A stretch of DNA of 61,599 bases. It comes from Welwitschia mirabilis. Lineage: Eukaryota. The notes under the pieces are model-generated. The model saw only the letters and a program-made list of their open reading frames with translations, had not been told where the DNA came from and searched no databases. The translations under genes were made by a program, and so were the position numbers. Location: contig JBOZIK010000001.1 of assembly GCA_051453625.1 (NCBI GenBank), positions 21,804,157 to 21,865,755 of the forward strand, given 5' to 3'. Below, piece by piece: positions 39,858-53,130 of this stretch. How positions within the stretch are numbered: position 1 is the stretch's first letter; every line of letters begins with the position of its first letter.

Positions 39858-42261
39858 TATTATGCACCAACATGACCACTGATACTTAGGGGATTCTTTC
39901 ACCTCTCATCGCCTACCATTTCTCCCATCTTCCTTTCCTCTTCTACCTTCTCCTCCTTATCCTTTCACTTCTTATCCTCTCTTCTCTACTTTTCCTCACT
40001 TCTTTCTTCCATCTTCATTATTTGCTCTTATCTTCTCTCCCCTTCCCCTCCGTATTTCCTCTGTCTTTCTATCATCTTATCTTTCTCTCATTCTTTTCTT
40101 ATCTTTTCTCTATTTATCCCTTCTTTCTACCCTCTTTTTTCTTTCTTATTCGATCTTCCTTTTTTCTTCCTCTTGTCTCTCCTTGCACTACTTCCTACTC
40201 CCTCTAACTCATCTAATCATCAGAATTTCATGTCCTAAGGATGGAATTCCACTAAATTCCATGTCTTGTGTGTGGAATCTACTCCTCTTCCATGCTTAGG
40301 ATGTGAAATATAGATCCTTCATCCTTAGAGATGGGGACCCCTTTGATTCTTAACACATTCCTTGGCTCTAGAAACCTCTAGACCTGGTTTCTTAGTTTTC
40401 CTTCCCTTCCACTACATATTGATAGTGAGGGATCTGCTTCCACTAGTTCCTTCCCCACTCTCACCCTTTCTTCTCCTTTTTAGTTTTATTTTTTCTTCAT
40501 CTTCTTCTTTTTTTTTTTTAACCTCCTTTACCTTTCCAAATCTCATGCCTTCACTCACCTGAATTTCATGCACAAGTTCTAGAATCTAGCCCTCTTCCAC
40601 ATTTAGGGTATGGAAGTTCCCTCTTCTATGCTTAGATTCAAAGCTAATTAGCCTATTAACCCTTGCTTTAACTCAAAATTTATCTTTCTTGATTCACACC
40701 ACCTTTTGTAGCTCCTCAAAAATCAAGAAATCCTTCTTTGATTTCCCTCTAGGTTCTTATCTCTCCGTCATCACTACGAATCCCCTTAACATCTACCTTT
40801 AAGGTCTTAACTATTAAGATGCATTAATTATGGGTTTATAAGAGTCTTAAGATTACATAAAATCCTTAGGATGTATTAGATTCAAGCAATCCTACCTGTG
40901 ACATTACATTACTAGATGAGTACCAGCCTAATGCCTAGGGAGGGGAATACTATTTTGGTGGGATGATCCTTTCTAGCACCATTAGACACTCGTCAATGAT
41001 TACCATCATATTGATAACTACGATCACATAAAACATTATCATCATGTCAACCATTGTAGTCAGGATCACTACTACCATGTTTACCATAATAATGTAATCA
41101 ATGATCATAATTTGTTAATTACAATAATCATGTTCATTACCAATGATGATGATCATGCTGAGAATCCCAATCACTAGTCATCCATGTTAGTCCATCAAAT
41201 TTTCTACTAATTTGAAGCTATCTACAAAGACTCACATGATCTATTTTCACTTAACTCCCTTCTTATTCTTCCACATTGGTCCCTCTCCTCTGATTCTAGT
41301 TCAAAGGGTTAATCTCTCATTTTCTCTATCATTCCTAAGTCCCTACATTTTGAAGATCCTCTCTACATTCTCCCTTAATTATCAATGCCCCTTCCAGCCT
41401 AGTTAACTCTCTATAAACTAGAGATGTCCTCTCCCTTCATCTGCTTTCCAGATCATTAGCCTTATCTTTATGTTAGTTATAATTGTAGGTCAGTAGATAG
41501 ATCCATCTTTCTGGTGGTAGAAGATACCAAACAATGCATCTTATTCGTTTCTTCTCTACTGGTATTTCTCTAGTCATTTATAATTCACTATTTTATTTTC
41601 TCCTATTATGTTATAGATCCTTCTCCTCCTCTCTCACAAGGAAAACACTATATAATTACCTTCTAAACTAGAGGAGAGAGAGTGTATGTGTGTGAGTTTT
41701 GTGATAATTTCTATAATAAAACATAGTTATTTTTTCACATCTTGAGACTTGCGTTACTAAGTACCTCAAGAATAGTAAATAGAGGACTTGACTTTAGGCA
41801 GCCTCTTTCCATGAAGGAGGATTGTTATTCCTTGGAGGAAGAACACCCTTAAGTGCACTTTTCCTCCTTATCTGAATCTCATCCTAGCTCTCTTTCTTAG
41901 CCTAGGAAGAAGACTTATAGAACCCTCTAATTCCATAGATAAGACATGTTTCACCTTCTTGTAGTATAGCAAGACCTTGGTGTAGTCAAGGGAATACATC
42001 ATCTTTGACCAAATCATCTCTTCTATGTACCCTTTACCTTTTTCCTTTTTTGTTTTCATTGTTTTATTTACTTTCGTTTTATGAGGATACCCACTAGACA
42101 TCACCCATCATTCTCACTCTATTCCCTGATTACTCTGTACCTAAGGGAAATAATAGGAGTACCTAATTTCTAATTGTCCTCTAAAACAAGTCTAAAACCT
42201 CCAACTTGAAAGCAAGCGTTGTTATCTCTTCTAAGCCTAAGAAAGAAAATCTACATCAATA
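39858..42261 (+). repeat. 3' LTR (~2.4 kb) of the Tat-like element
   Basis: Starts TATTATGCACCAACA and ends CTACATCAATA (eroded TG..CA); direct repeat of 31306-33824. Confidence 0.85.
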
Positions 42262-42266
42262 GATTA

Positions 42267-43450
42267 AAGAAATAATTATGAAGTAATACCAGCAATACGA
42301 TGACAACAAGAATAGTTGGATTAAAAGATAAATTTATTCTCTAATGAGAAGAACTCAGGTCATTCAAAGTTATCTTCAATCCTTACCAATTTATATAATA
42401 TCGTGTTCATGTACTTGAAAGAAGTTGTCAAGCATGTGGAAAGGTTGGAAACAAATTCTCTATTAGAAAGCACTGATTGTGAGAACTGTATTCATTACAA
42501 AAACTGGAATTGTATGTGAAAATTATATGTAAAGGTCGTTTTGATTTAAAATTATTTCAGGAGTTAAATTTTCACCTCTTAGTTAGGATACTTTTCATGT
42601 TACATACAAAGAATGAATAATGGACTCAAGTGTTAAAATATAAATAGTTAAATCATTTTCAAAACTTATTTGAAGTTCCACATATTATTAAAGGATCCAT
42701 AATGTCAAATGATTTGCAAAAATTACAAAATTGACTAAAGAATCATATGAATTCAGATGTTCATGGAAATTGGAAATGAGAAGGTAATAATAATTTTAAA
42801 TCTTTAAAAGCTTATATACTCTTTGAATTTATCATCTAGATAAAGAAATAATTAGAGAGAAAAAATTAAAATTATCTTAAACCTATAGCTGGTTTTTCCC
42901 TCAACGTAATTAGATAATTACATTTTTGAAAGCTTCTTTGAAAATATAGGTACACAGTTACAAATTACTGCTACTTTGAAAAATAAAGAAGAATCCTTTA
43001 AACATAATTTTCTTTTTTGCAGATGGACAAGAAAAAGTTGGCATCTCATTTTATCATGATAAAGTAGCATAGAGTTTTTTCATATAATATTAAATACTTA
43101 GCTAATATTTAGATGAAAAGTAAATGTGCCTTATGTTATTTATCTCCTTATGTGCTAAGAAAAGTTTGGATAGAGCATAATTTAAGATTACTTAAAGAAA
43201 AAGAATTTCTTATTCAATCTAGTTAAAATTTAATTGGAATGAAAGTCTAAAAAATTTTAAAGAAATTATATTTTAAAATGAAACATTATTATTTTCATAT
43301 ATCAATTTTCTTATCTCTTTATACTTAGCTAATCATTGATGGTAAAGGAGTTCGATAATTGAATCTTTATCATGCTAAGATGAAACTTTCTTAATTTTTG
43401 CTCTAGCCCCTAAAGTTATGAGGTTTTTTTAATATGAAGCCTTTCACCTT
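42267..43450 (+). pseudogene. L1 ORF2, 3' part (post-RT, zf-RVT-like region), continuing 29100-31305
   Basis: SLMRRTQVIQSYLQSLPIYIISCS (cf. SLAGRLQLIKSVLQSLPIY), IHYKNWNCM..GRFDLK..LNFHLL (cf. HLVAW..GGLG..FNKALL), and CALC at ~43125. Confidence 0.8.
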
Positions 43451-44894
43451 ATCAAAACCTTTAAATAATTACTTGAGAGCTAAGATAAGAAAATAGAAGT
43501 AAAATGGCGTTGCATCTAAAACAAGAACTATTTTAAAGAATAAAATCTCCTACTGTTACTAGTACATCGGCCACCATAGCAGGGGAACAGAGGAAAGGAA
43601 AAAAAGAAAAGAAAGAAATAAAAACATCATAAATAGAACATAATTAGACCTTTATAGAAACTACATAAAACTTGAACAACTTAAGTGCACAACATTAACA
43701 TAAAATAAACATCAAATTCTAATACACATATGACCATTTCTGATAAAAATTCATTTAAATTATTCTAATTCAAATAAAAGTAAGTATTAAAAGTATGAGA
43801 GATGAGATGTAGGAACAGAAACATAATGGAGAATAAGATAAGGATCTATGTTGTATGTACTGTATGCATAGGTGTAATAAATATGTGTAATAATGTAAAG
43901 TTATAAGGATCTTATTTCTATTAGATCAAATTTCTATTTAATATTAAATGTTGGTTTATTTTATATGGGTTCATAACTAATGTTGGAGTTAAATGGTTTG
44001 TTCTAGCTCATCACATCTCACGTGTGAAGTTCAGACTTGGTTGATTACCTTGGACATGGATCATTACTTAATTAATAAGAACTATCATTCACGATTTTAT
44101 AAGATAGTGGATTATAGTGGAAGTTTGAAGTGTTAAGGAGAAGCATAATTTACTATCTAAAAGACTTTATTGTAAGAGTCTAGTGTTCCATAAAGGACGA
44201 TAAATTAATATCTATCATCTACCATGCATTCACTACATTACCACATTAATTTGACTTCATTGACACTATAATAAATCTAAATTAATTGATGTCTCATCTA
44301 AGTCAAACGAGGAATATCAGGTGATGCATTTGATGATACTAGAATTAGCCCAAGAAAATTGTAATTTATTCATGTTATTACTTCCATGAGCATTATGCAC
44401 TCTTAATTAAGGATTCAATTAAAAATAAAATCTCTAATTCTTGAGAGCACCTTTTGTATTAGTAGAATCATATGTGTTTCACATGAGCCTTAATTTAATA
44501 CACTCTTAATTAACATAATGAATAATGAAAAGGATGTGTTGATATGTAAATGTAAGATCTGATCTTAAAGGGGTAGACTTGACTGTTGAACCTTGTATTG
44601 ACGTAAAAAAGAAACTCAGTCTGATACACTTATATTGGAAATTCATTTCATAATTTGATATTGGTAATTAAATGTAGAGGTACCTATAGAACATTTATTA
44701 TATGAACCTATGCTTCCTTACCCCCATTCCAACCCTAAAGATATGCTTATAGAGATTTTTGACTTTCCTAATGATAATTAAAACCCAAAGGTGTTGGGTT
44801 AGAATACTTAAGAAAAGGTTTTATTAATTGCTTATTAAAGAAATAGAAGATGTAACATTAATAGTAGCAATCTCAAAGAGAAGCAAGAAATATG

Positions 44895-45960
44895 ACTAGA
44901 TCTTTATTAAAAATGTTAGAGGTTCTATCACAAGAGTTGAAATCCATGACTAGTTTTTGTTAAAGTTATTGACAATTCCATCATAGTCTCACACACAATA
45001 GTAATGTAATAAGAAAGAATTATAGATTTATAAATTTGGACATAAAACCACATATTCTTTACGTTAAATCAAATTTAATAATATTTATGGAGTTTTCTGA
45101 AGTGAAAGAAATAAACAAAATGCCCAGATGGTGGAAGAGATACATAGATTATGCATTGTGTTGGTGGAAGTACTTCAACCATGAACTTGAACTGTTATTC
45201 AAGCATTTCAATTCCTTGCATGAATGCATGAAATTTATGATGGAAAAATACATGAATAGGGGCATTACCTTTTTTAGACTCATAAATCCAGAGAAAAGAG
45301 GTCTAGCTAAGGCTTTTTATATATTTCAATAGGTGTTTTTAGAAAGGGTACTCAGATGGATGGGTACATAGATGGAGGCTCCAACCATTACTACATGCAA
45401 AAAATAGCAATAATACACAAATTAATGAATGGGTCCTAAAGGTATTTTAATGAGAAATAGTTTTTCTAAGAGTTCAAGCACATTAATGAAGTCCTTTTCC
45501 ATAATGAATACAAAACAAAGGAGATTTTAAAAAAATGGAGAAAAGCAATATAGAAGGCTACATATTGGGACTTGCCATTAGAATAAGCTAAACAAATAAC
45601 ATATAATCCTTCCATTTGTAGACAATTCTAGCATGAGAATAGGTAATATTGCATGTTCCCATGGGAGAGGGATCTCATTCAGATCAACAAAGAGGGTTAA
45701 TAAACTCTTTCCCTTTCCAAAGAATAATATTGATAAAATAGATAGATGTAGGCATACATTATTAAATGTCTATTTGATGTCTTCTATGTCAGATAGGTAA
45801 GTTAAACATTTAGAGATCCAATCAAGAAGCATGAAGCAGATGTAAGACATAGTAGATAAAACAAATCACCACTTGTAAAGAATCTTCGAAAACAAATGGA
45901 TCATAGATGGAAGTTGGAAAAAGTTTTAATTTTGACCATCATTGATGATGATTATAATAC
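44895..45960 (+). pseudogene. Second, heavily deleted L1 ORF2 remnant (endonuclease and fragments)
   Basis: NVRG (~44911), a CVGG..FN-like segment (~45158), SNH (~45380) and GPK (~45432) occur in the expected order, but are very eroded. Confidence 0.5.
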
Positions 45961-46135
45961 AAAAATCCAAAAATCCTAAAAAATCAAAATCCATGATCAT
46001 AATGTGAATAAGAATAGTAGCACGTCCCTTAAACCTCACTTCCATGATTTCTAAATTTAATCAGTGACTAAACATTTATATGTTTCCTTCCCTTTCTCCT
46101 ACTACACCAAAACCTAAAGAGAAGGCATTGTAGCC

Positions 46136-49100
46136 TTGAAACATTAGTTATATCATAATTCAAGAAATGAAATATAATTAAATATAGTTACCAAAGATCA
46201 TAATGCTAAAATAATCACCTAACAAACTATGTAATCATGTCAAAAACATACCTTGTAAAAAGTTAAGTTATTGAATATTTTAAGTAATTATTTAATTAGT
46301 ATAAAATTATTTTTATTTTAAATTTATTTCCTTTAAAAATTAAATGCACATAAAGATTCCACATTATATTTAAGAATAATAACATGATAATGCAAGAATA
46401 ATGACATGTTATCAAAATTTAAAAAATAATTTTATGAAAAGATGAAGGAAAGCACAAGCTACACAAGGTTCAAAGCTAAATCCACAAGACACAAAAACAA
46501 TGATGAACAAGAAAAAAAAGAAAGAAAAAGAAAAAAGTAACCATATCACATGTTTCAAAATTGATATTTCTTTTGGATTTATGGCACTTGAAAAGAATTA
46601 TGCCTTTACACATGATAATCATACATTATGGAAACTCAGAGCACCCAAACTCATGAAAGGATTTGGAATGATAAAGGTCATAGGAAAATTAAAAGATAGA
46701 CATTCAAATGAAGAGCAAGTACTGATACATATGGTTCTAGAGATCAACATAAGTTATGATTGTCTATCCATGGTTCTGCACTTGAAGATTACCATAGAAC
46801 TATGAAAGTTTTGGCAGTAAATTTCATTAACAACAACGAAGACAAGAGTATGGTCTTATATGAAAAAGTGTTTAATTTGGAGATAGTAGAACATGATGGA
46901 ATATCACAGCTAAAGAAACAAGTTGTATGAAACAAGACATAATCAAGAAAGAAAAAGTTGAGACTAATGAATTAATATTTCAATATACAATGCTCTATGT
47001 TTTACCAAGTCTTTATGATGCATTTAACGAGGCCTTATCAACTTCATCAAATATTCCTTAAAAACATTAAGTACCCAATTATTATAAAAGTAAATAGACC
47101 TTAAAGCAAAGAAAAAGAAACGACCGAAACTATAACTAGCATGAAAATGCGAAATAAAAACCACATGAGCAAGAAGAAGAATTACAGAGCAAAAATATGA
47201 TGCCAAATCTATAAGATGAAGGTATTTTTGAAAAATTAAGAAGTTATGAAATAATTCAAAGAAAGTAGAAGAAGAAGTCATCTAGATAATCAATAAGAGA
47301 GGTAACATGAGATAAGAGAAGAATTTCGGGCATTATCAATGCATGAAACAAGAAATCACTAGTTAATTAATTTTAAAGACTCTTTTCACATGATTGATAA
47401 TAAAAGCCTTCTAAAGAACCTTGGGTCAATGATTATCAACATCACATGATCACAAGAGATAAAACCAAGGTGCTGGTCCAAAACATTAGAACCACAAATT
47501 TCCTAAAAATGATACTAATAGAAGTATTATAACTTCAGAATCTAACAATGAATATTATTTAAATAACAATGCTATTGAGAGATGAATTTAAGGTTATGTT
47601 CAACCCATAAAATAGAATTTGTTATAGTATTTAAAAAAAGACCAAATTAATAGAATCCTATGACACAACATCTGCATGAAGATTATGTAATCCGAATTGG
47701 CTTGAATAAACTCGACCTAATAAGATGGCATTGAATATTGGGACAAACATTAACCTTGAAACAATATGAGTAATATTAAATACCTTTACTAAAGTATCAC
47801 ACTTGAAAAACTAGATTTGTAAAAATTGTCAAATGGAAAAAATACAAAATGAAACAACTCCTAGAATTCCAAGTGAAAGCCAAGAATAAATATGTATAGA
47901 CTAATATTTGCACAATCTTTTAAAAAATAAAAAAACACTCTAATCTTCATTGATGATCATACTAGAATTATCTTTATGCATTTTATGAAAATAATAGTCA
48001 TAGATGTGCACTGAATCTCAAGACATCATGGACAAATAGGACAAAGTAAAACTAAGAAGGCTCAACACTGATGGAGGCGAAGAATTCATATCCTAAGAAT
48101 CGCAAGGAGAATTGAAAAAAGCATGAAGATAACGCTAAGTTATTTCCTCATGTACACATAAAAGAAATGGAGTAGCAGAAAGGAAAAACCATACTATCAT
48201 GGAAACGGTGCATTACATGACGTATGAAATTATTGTGTTTTGGAAACATTAGATGGGATTCATAACCATAATAATACTAATAAAGAATCATCTTTTAACT
48301 ATAACTATCAATAATACAACCCCATCGATCTTTAGTCCCACAAATAGAATTGAATTAAACATCTCAAAATCATTGGCGTAAATACTACATGCACATCATA
48401 AACAGTAAATAAGTAAGTTGGATAATAAAATTCAAATTGCATTACTAGTTGCATATAATTTGGAAAGTAAAGCGCATGAAGTGTAGGATGGAAAATGAAG
48501 AAGAGATTATAATCCTAAAAAATGTAACTTTTGATAAAGTAAATATGATCTTGAAACTTGATACATAAGAGATCATGAACTTGCCTTTAGTCCCGAAAGA
48601 CAATATGATTAAATAGGAACTTAGTCAAAATTTCATGATTTTAGTTGAAGAAACTAAAGAAAGAGAATACAATTAAGTTAACTAGATCAAATGCAATAAG
48701 ACAATCAAGATCAAAATGAATAGAGCTATAGAACAAATAGAACCAAAACAAGAAGAAACAAAATTGGTCCATGTATCTACCCAACTTTACNNNNNNNNNN
48801 NNNNNNNNNNNCAATCAAACTTGAATGAGAGAAGAAGGGCTCAAAAAGGAGATAAAACTAGAACTACAAGACAAATCATTACATTTCTTGCACAAAAGAT
48901 AAAACCAAAAACTATGAAATAAGCCCTAAAAAATCCAAGATGAAAAGAGACAATGTAAGTAGAATATAACATGTTAATCAACAATGATACTTGAAATCTA
49001 ATCCAGACTAACATGAATCCCATTGGAATTAAGTGGATATTAAAATACCATAAAAAGGTAGGAATTAATACTTGTAATGAAACAACATTCCCAAAAGGAA

Positions 49101-50699
49101 GTTATTGATTTCATAAAGACTTTTACTCCAACCAAAGGAATAAGAATAGTCAAAATATTATTAACGTTGACCTAAAAACACAAATAGAATCCATTACAAA
49201 TGGATGTAAAGTTAGCTTCCCTAAGCAGAATCATAGATAAGGAAATATGAATCACATAATTACTAGGCTTCATAGTTAAAGGTCATGAAAATAAAGTCTA
49301 TAAAACCTAAATTTCTTATATGGCTTAAAACAGGCACCAAAATCATAGTATGGAGAAATGATGTATATATAAAGAATAGGCTGCAACAAATCATATGTTA
49401 AATCAAATCTATATGTAAACCCACACTAGGGAGATAATTAAGTAATTATACTTTATGTAGATGATATTGTTATCATGAGAAGTGATAGAGACCAAATTAA
49501 AAGGATTGAAGATATCCTTGGTTAAAAATTTAAAATGTTGGATTTAGGCTTGTTAAACTACTTCCTGGGATTCCAAATCATAAAGAAACAAGAAAGTTGA
49601 TCGTGAATCAAGAAAAATATACCATGCGACAAGTAAAGAAATGCAACTTAGAAAAATGCAAGACAAGAAGCATTTTAATGGATTTCGGAGTAACACGAAA
49701 ACCTAAAGACTCATAACCATGCAACATGAAGTTTTATTTGTAATTGATTGGAAAACTAATCTACCTAATCAACACAAGACTTGATATCATCTATTCAGTG
49801 AACAAACTAACTCGTTACATAGAAAAGCTCATATAAAATCACTACATCCTCACATTAAACATGGTTCAATATGTAGCTAAGACTAGGACACTAGCACTCA
49901 AATTCCAAGCAAGATATGAAGAACTAAGAGAATTTATCTATTAAGCAAAGATTAGAATATTTTTCCTCAATTACAAGATGTGTTGTATTATTAGATCGCT
50001 TTACAATTTTGTGGTTAAGCCAAAAATAGAAAACAGTAGCACTTTCATCCTATAAGGAAAAATATCTTGCAATAGAAAAGCTATGTATGGAACTAAAATG
50101 GATTAGTAAACTCCTAGAGGATCTTGGAAAACACGTGATATCATCCTTCAAACTAATTCATGACAATCAAATGGTAATCAAACTAATTAAGAAAAGTGTA
50201 TGAATAAGAATTCCTACAACCCAAATACATTTCAACTTAGGAACTGAATATAGAAGGTATTAAAAAACCTTCAGTTGAAGACATCTACATTATATTTTAT
50301 AACAAGCTATAATTAGATGCTAAAGATGAGGAAGTCTAGAATGACGATTTGAAAGGGAGTGTTGAAGATGTTAGACATTTCATTGTCGTCCCACTTAATA
50401 AGCAAGAATTAACTAATTCATATATCTAAACATGGAAACACATACTTTGTACATGAAGCCACCTTTAATACTATTTTAATAAATCACAATAATTAAATAT
50501 AATTACTAAAAGTTGAAACTTCAAAGTGAAGATTTATGTAAGGAACTATTTAATTGGGTCAAAACTCCATCTTGTAAAAATGTACTTTGTTGGCTATTTT
50601 AATTGGTTACTCAATTATTATGAAGTTCCTTTTATTTTATATTTTATTCCTTTAAAATTAAACTCACATAAAAATCATATATAATATTTAAAAATAACA
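46136..50699 (+). mobile_element. Degenerate, apparently full-length Ty1/copia element (gag-PR-INT-RT-RH); LTRs ~46136-46384 and 50360-50699
   Basis: PWVND..HHMI (protease remnant), CKNCQ, LIFIDDHTR, LNTDGGEEF, NGVAERKNHTIME (integrase), QMDVK, YGLKQAPK, LYVDDI, DLGLLNYFLG (RT), VALSS (RNase H). PPT GAAAGGGAG precedes TGTTG at 50360, and the LTR 3' ends (..TAACA) are homologous. Confidence 0.93.
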
Positions 50700-51100
50700 A
50701 TATTTTTCCTATTGTAAAGTGTGGCATGAGGATATTCGCCAAAGAAACTTTTTACTTTTACACAGTTGAAGGTAATGTGTTCCATTTTAGAAGAGAGGGC
50801 TCATTACACTTAGGCTTTGGTAATGTGTGAAAGCCTAAAAGTAGATTTGTGGATGGATTCTACAACCAAAACACCAATGGAAAATTGTGGATATTTGTAA
50901 GCTTGTATGATAAAGGCAACACATTTAACAATGGTCACAGTTAAGAATAAATGATTTTTATAATAGTGGAACAATAGTAACCTCTTGGAGGACCATCAAC
51001 AATGTGAAGAAAACATTGCTAAGAGAGGAAATCCAATTCGATTGTGGTCAAGTCACTTGGTTCACTTATTGTTAGGAAAATTGAGGGAGTCTCATAGTCA
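50700..51100 (+). pseudogene. L1 ORF2 post-RT fragment, probably continuing 44895-45960
   Basis: HL..NV*KPKS (cf. W..VCKPK..GGLG), WRTI, and GNPIRLWSSH (cf. GNG..IRFW.D.W). Confidence 0.5.
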
Positions 51101-51499
51101 TAATGACAAATTATTTTCCACTCAAGCAGAGCACAGTACATATCAAAGAGGTGTAATCAAAGAAGTAAGAAGAAATAAAGATTACCAAAAGGAAAGTAAG
51201 GAAAGACACCAAAGATTGATGGAAGGAAAATGCGACAAGAGCAAAGGTAATTAATAAGCAATAAGATAATTATATTTTAAATAATTCATGGCTCAAGAGA
51301 TAACATATTTGTTTTCTAATATAGTTGCTCAGTCCTTTGTCAATCTAAAAGAGATATTTACCCCACCTTCACTGCCACTACCACAAGATTTGGTCCAAGT
51401 ACAACTTCCACCTGTTTAGGAACCCTCATTTAGTTTAAGAGGCAGAACTATATGGATGTCAAAAGACTCTTGAAATATTTGACGATTTAACACTTTGTT

Positions 51500-53130
51500 A
51501 AGAGTCTATAAATTGTAATGATGGTTTAGTTTTGATATTATTGATAAGGCTGTTGTTTAGGAAAATGACAAAATAACTACTCTGCTATTTACAGTGGATA
51601 TATACGCTCCGCTCACTATCCTCCTTTTTAGAGAGGCTAGACATTTTTATTTCAATGAAGTAAAGGTACCTTCTAAGAGATGGTCATACTCCAATTTGTC
51701 ACGTAGTTAACATGCAAGGTGCAAAGGCTTGGCTATGTAGTTCAATGCAAGGTGAAATTGAAAGCATAATGTCATGACGACTAGAAAACGTTAAGCATCT
51801 AGATTTGATACATTGTTTGGGTGCTCTTCTTAGGCTTAATGATTTGTCATTAATAGAAACATGCCTAATCTTTTCATTATGTGGATAGTTTACCATTCAA
51901 AGTGGAATTTGGAATTGTTCTTGAAGAATTTCATCTCCTAGATGATTTGGAAACTCATAAGAGCAATGATGTTTAAAGGTGAACGAAACAAAAACATTGA
52001 TTGCAATCTATGGAGCTGTCATAAAGAATATACCAAGCTATAAAGCATTGTAACTGCAAATTTTAAAAAGCCAAAAAAAAAGTATCTTGATGACATTAGT
52101 AATGAACTTGATAAGTGTTAGAGTTATGTAAAGAAGTGATGCACTTCTGTCAGGTGTAAGAATGGCAAAAGATGGTCTGTGATGTATCATCTTTAAAAGT
52201 ACATGTGGAACTTTTTAATCTTGCCATCAAGCAAAACAGGGTTGTAGAAGAGAAGGGAAACCAAAGTCACCCCTTGATAAATGAGAAAACGTGCCAGAAC
52301 TCAATAAACAAGATGACTTCTCATGAATCTTAAGGCTAAATTGAGGGAATTTAGAGACAAACGATGAATGAATGATTTTATTAATGCCTTGACAAGAAAA
52401 TATGACTTTTAAGCACAATGGAAGGCTCACTACAATACATTATCATAGGCCCATCGTGCTCAATGTAAGAAGTAGAAGGAAAAGAATAAAAAGCAAGCCA
52501 CCTCACTATCGATGTTACCATTCTTAGATAAATTCATAGAAATGGAGGAGATGACGAATGTCGAGGATGGTGCTCAAAAGGTTGAGGCTTTAATGTTACC
52601 ACTCTCCCAAACCAATGAAAAGGACAAAAAAGGTAGCACACTGATTGAGAAAATAAAAAGACATCAGACACAATCATTCTTGACCCTTGCAGGGGTAGCA
52701 ATTCTCTAAGAGGAAGTTAAGGAAAAGTTTTATTAAGGCATGAGAGATGGTCAAGTCTGTAAATCATAAGCCACATACCTCTTAACAAATTATCAATTCA
52801 ATAACTCAACGAAGAAGAAATCTTGACATATTATTGGGAATAGGTAAATCATCATTTGATGACCATGTAACAAATTATCAATTTCTTTTACGAACAAAAA
52901 TAGATTTTTTAATGCTAAAAGTTTGACTGTAAATCCTAAGCTAACTATCACTTGTCACCTTTATAAAGGGTTTTAAAAGAAAAAGAAAGAAAGAAAGAAA
53001 GGAAGAAAAAGAATGCTAAAGAAGAAGTTTAGAAAATGGATCAAGAAAAGAAGAGTAGATAACTCTTATGGATGAAGCAAAAACTCCTTGATTTTTGTGT
53101 CATGGAAAAGTTTAGAAGAATGCAATTTCA
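51500..53130 (+). pseudogene. Possible L1 ORF1 remnant and ORF2 start
   Basis: Weak: CLGALLRLND..FSLC resembles the ORF1 IG..LG....D..ARIC segment, and LIFVSW at ~53090 resembles the ORF2 start SWNVRG. Confidence 0.3.

Larger units (their letters stand above)
31306..42261 (+). mobile_element. Tat-like Ty3/gypsy LTR element carrying only gag and protease, inserted in the LINE
   Basis: Paired LTRs 31306-~33824 and 39858-42261; candidate TSD AATTA (31301-31305) / GATTA (42262-42266); the LINE reading resumes after it. Confidence 0.85.
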
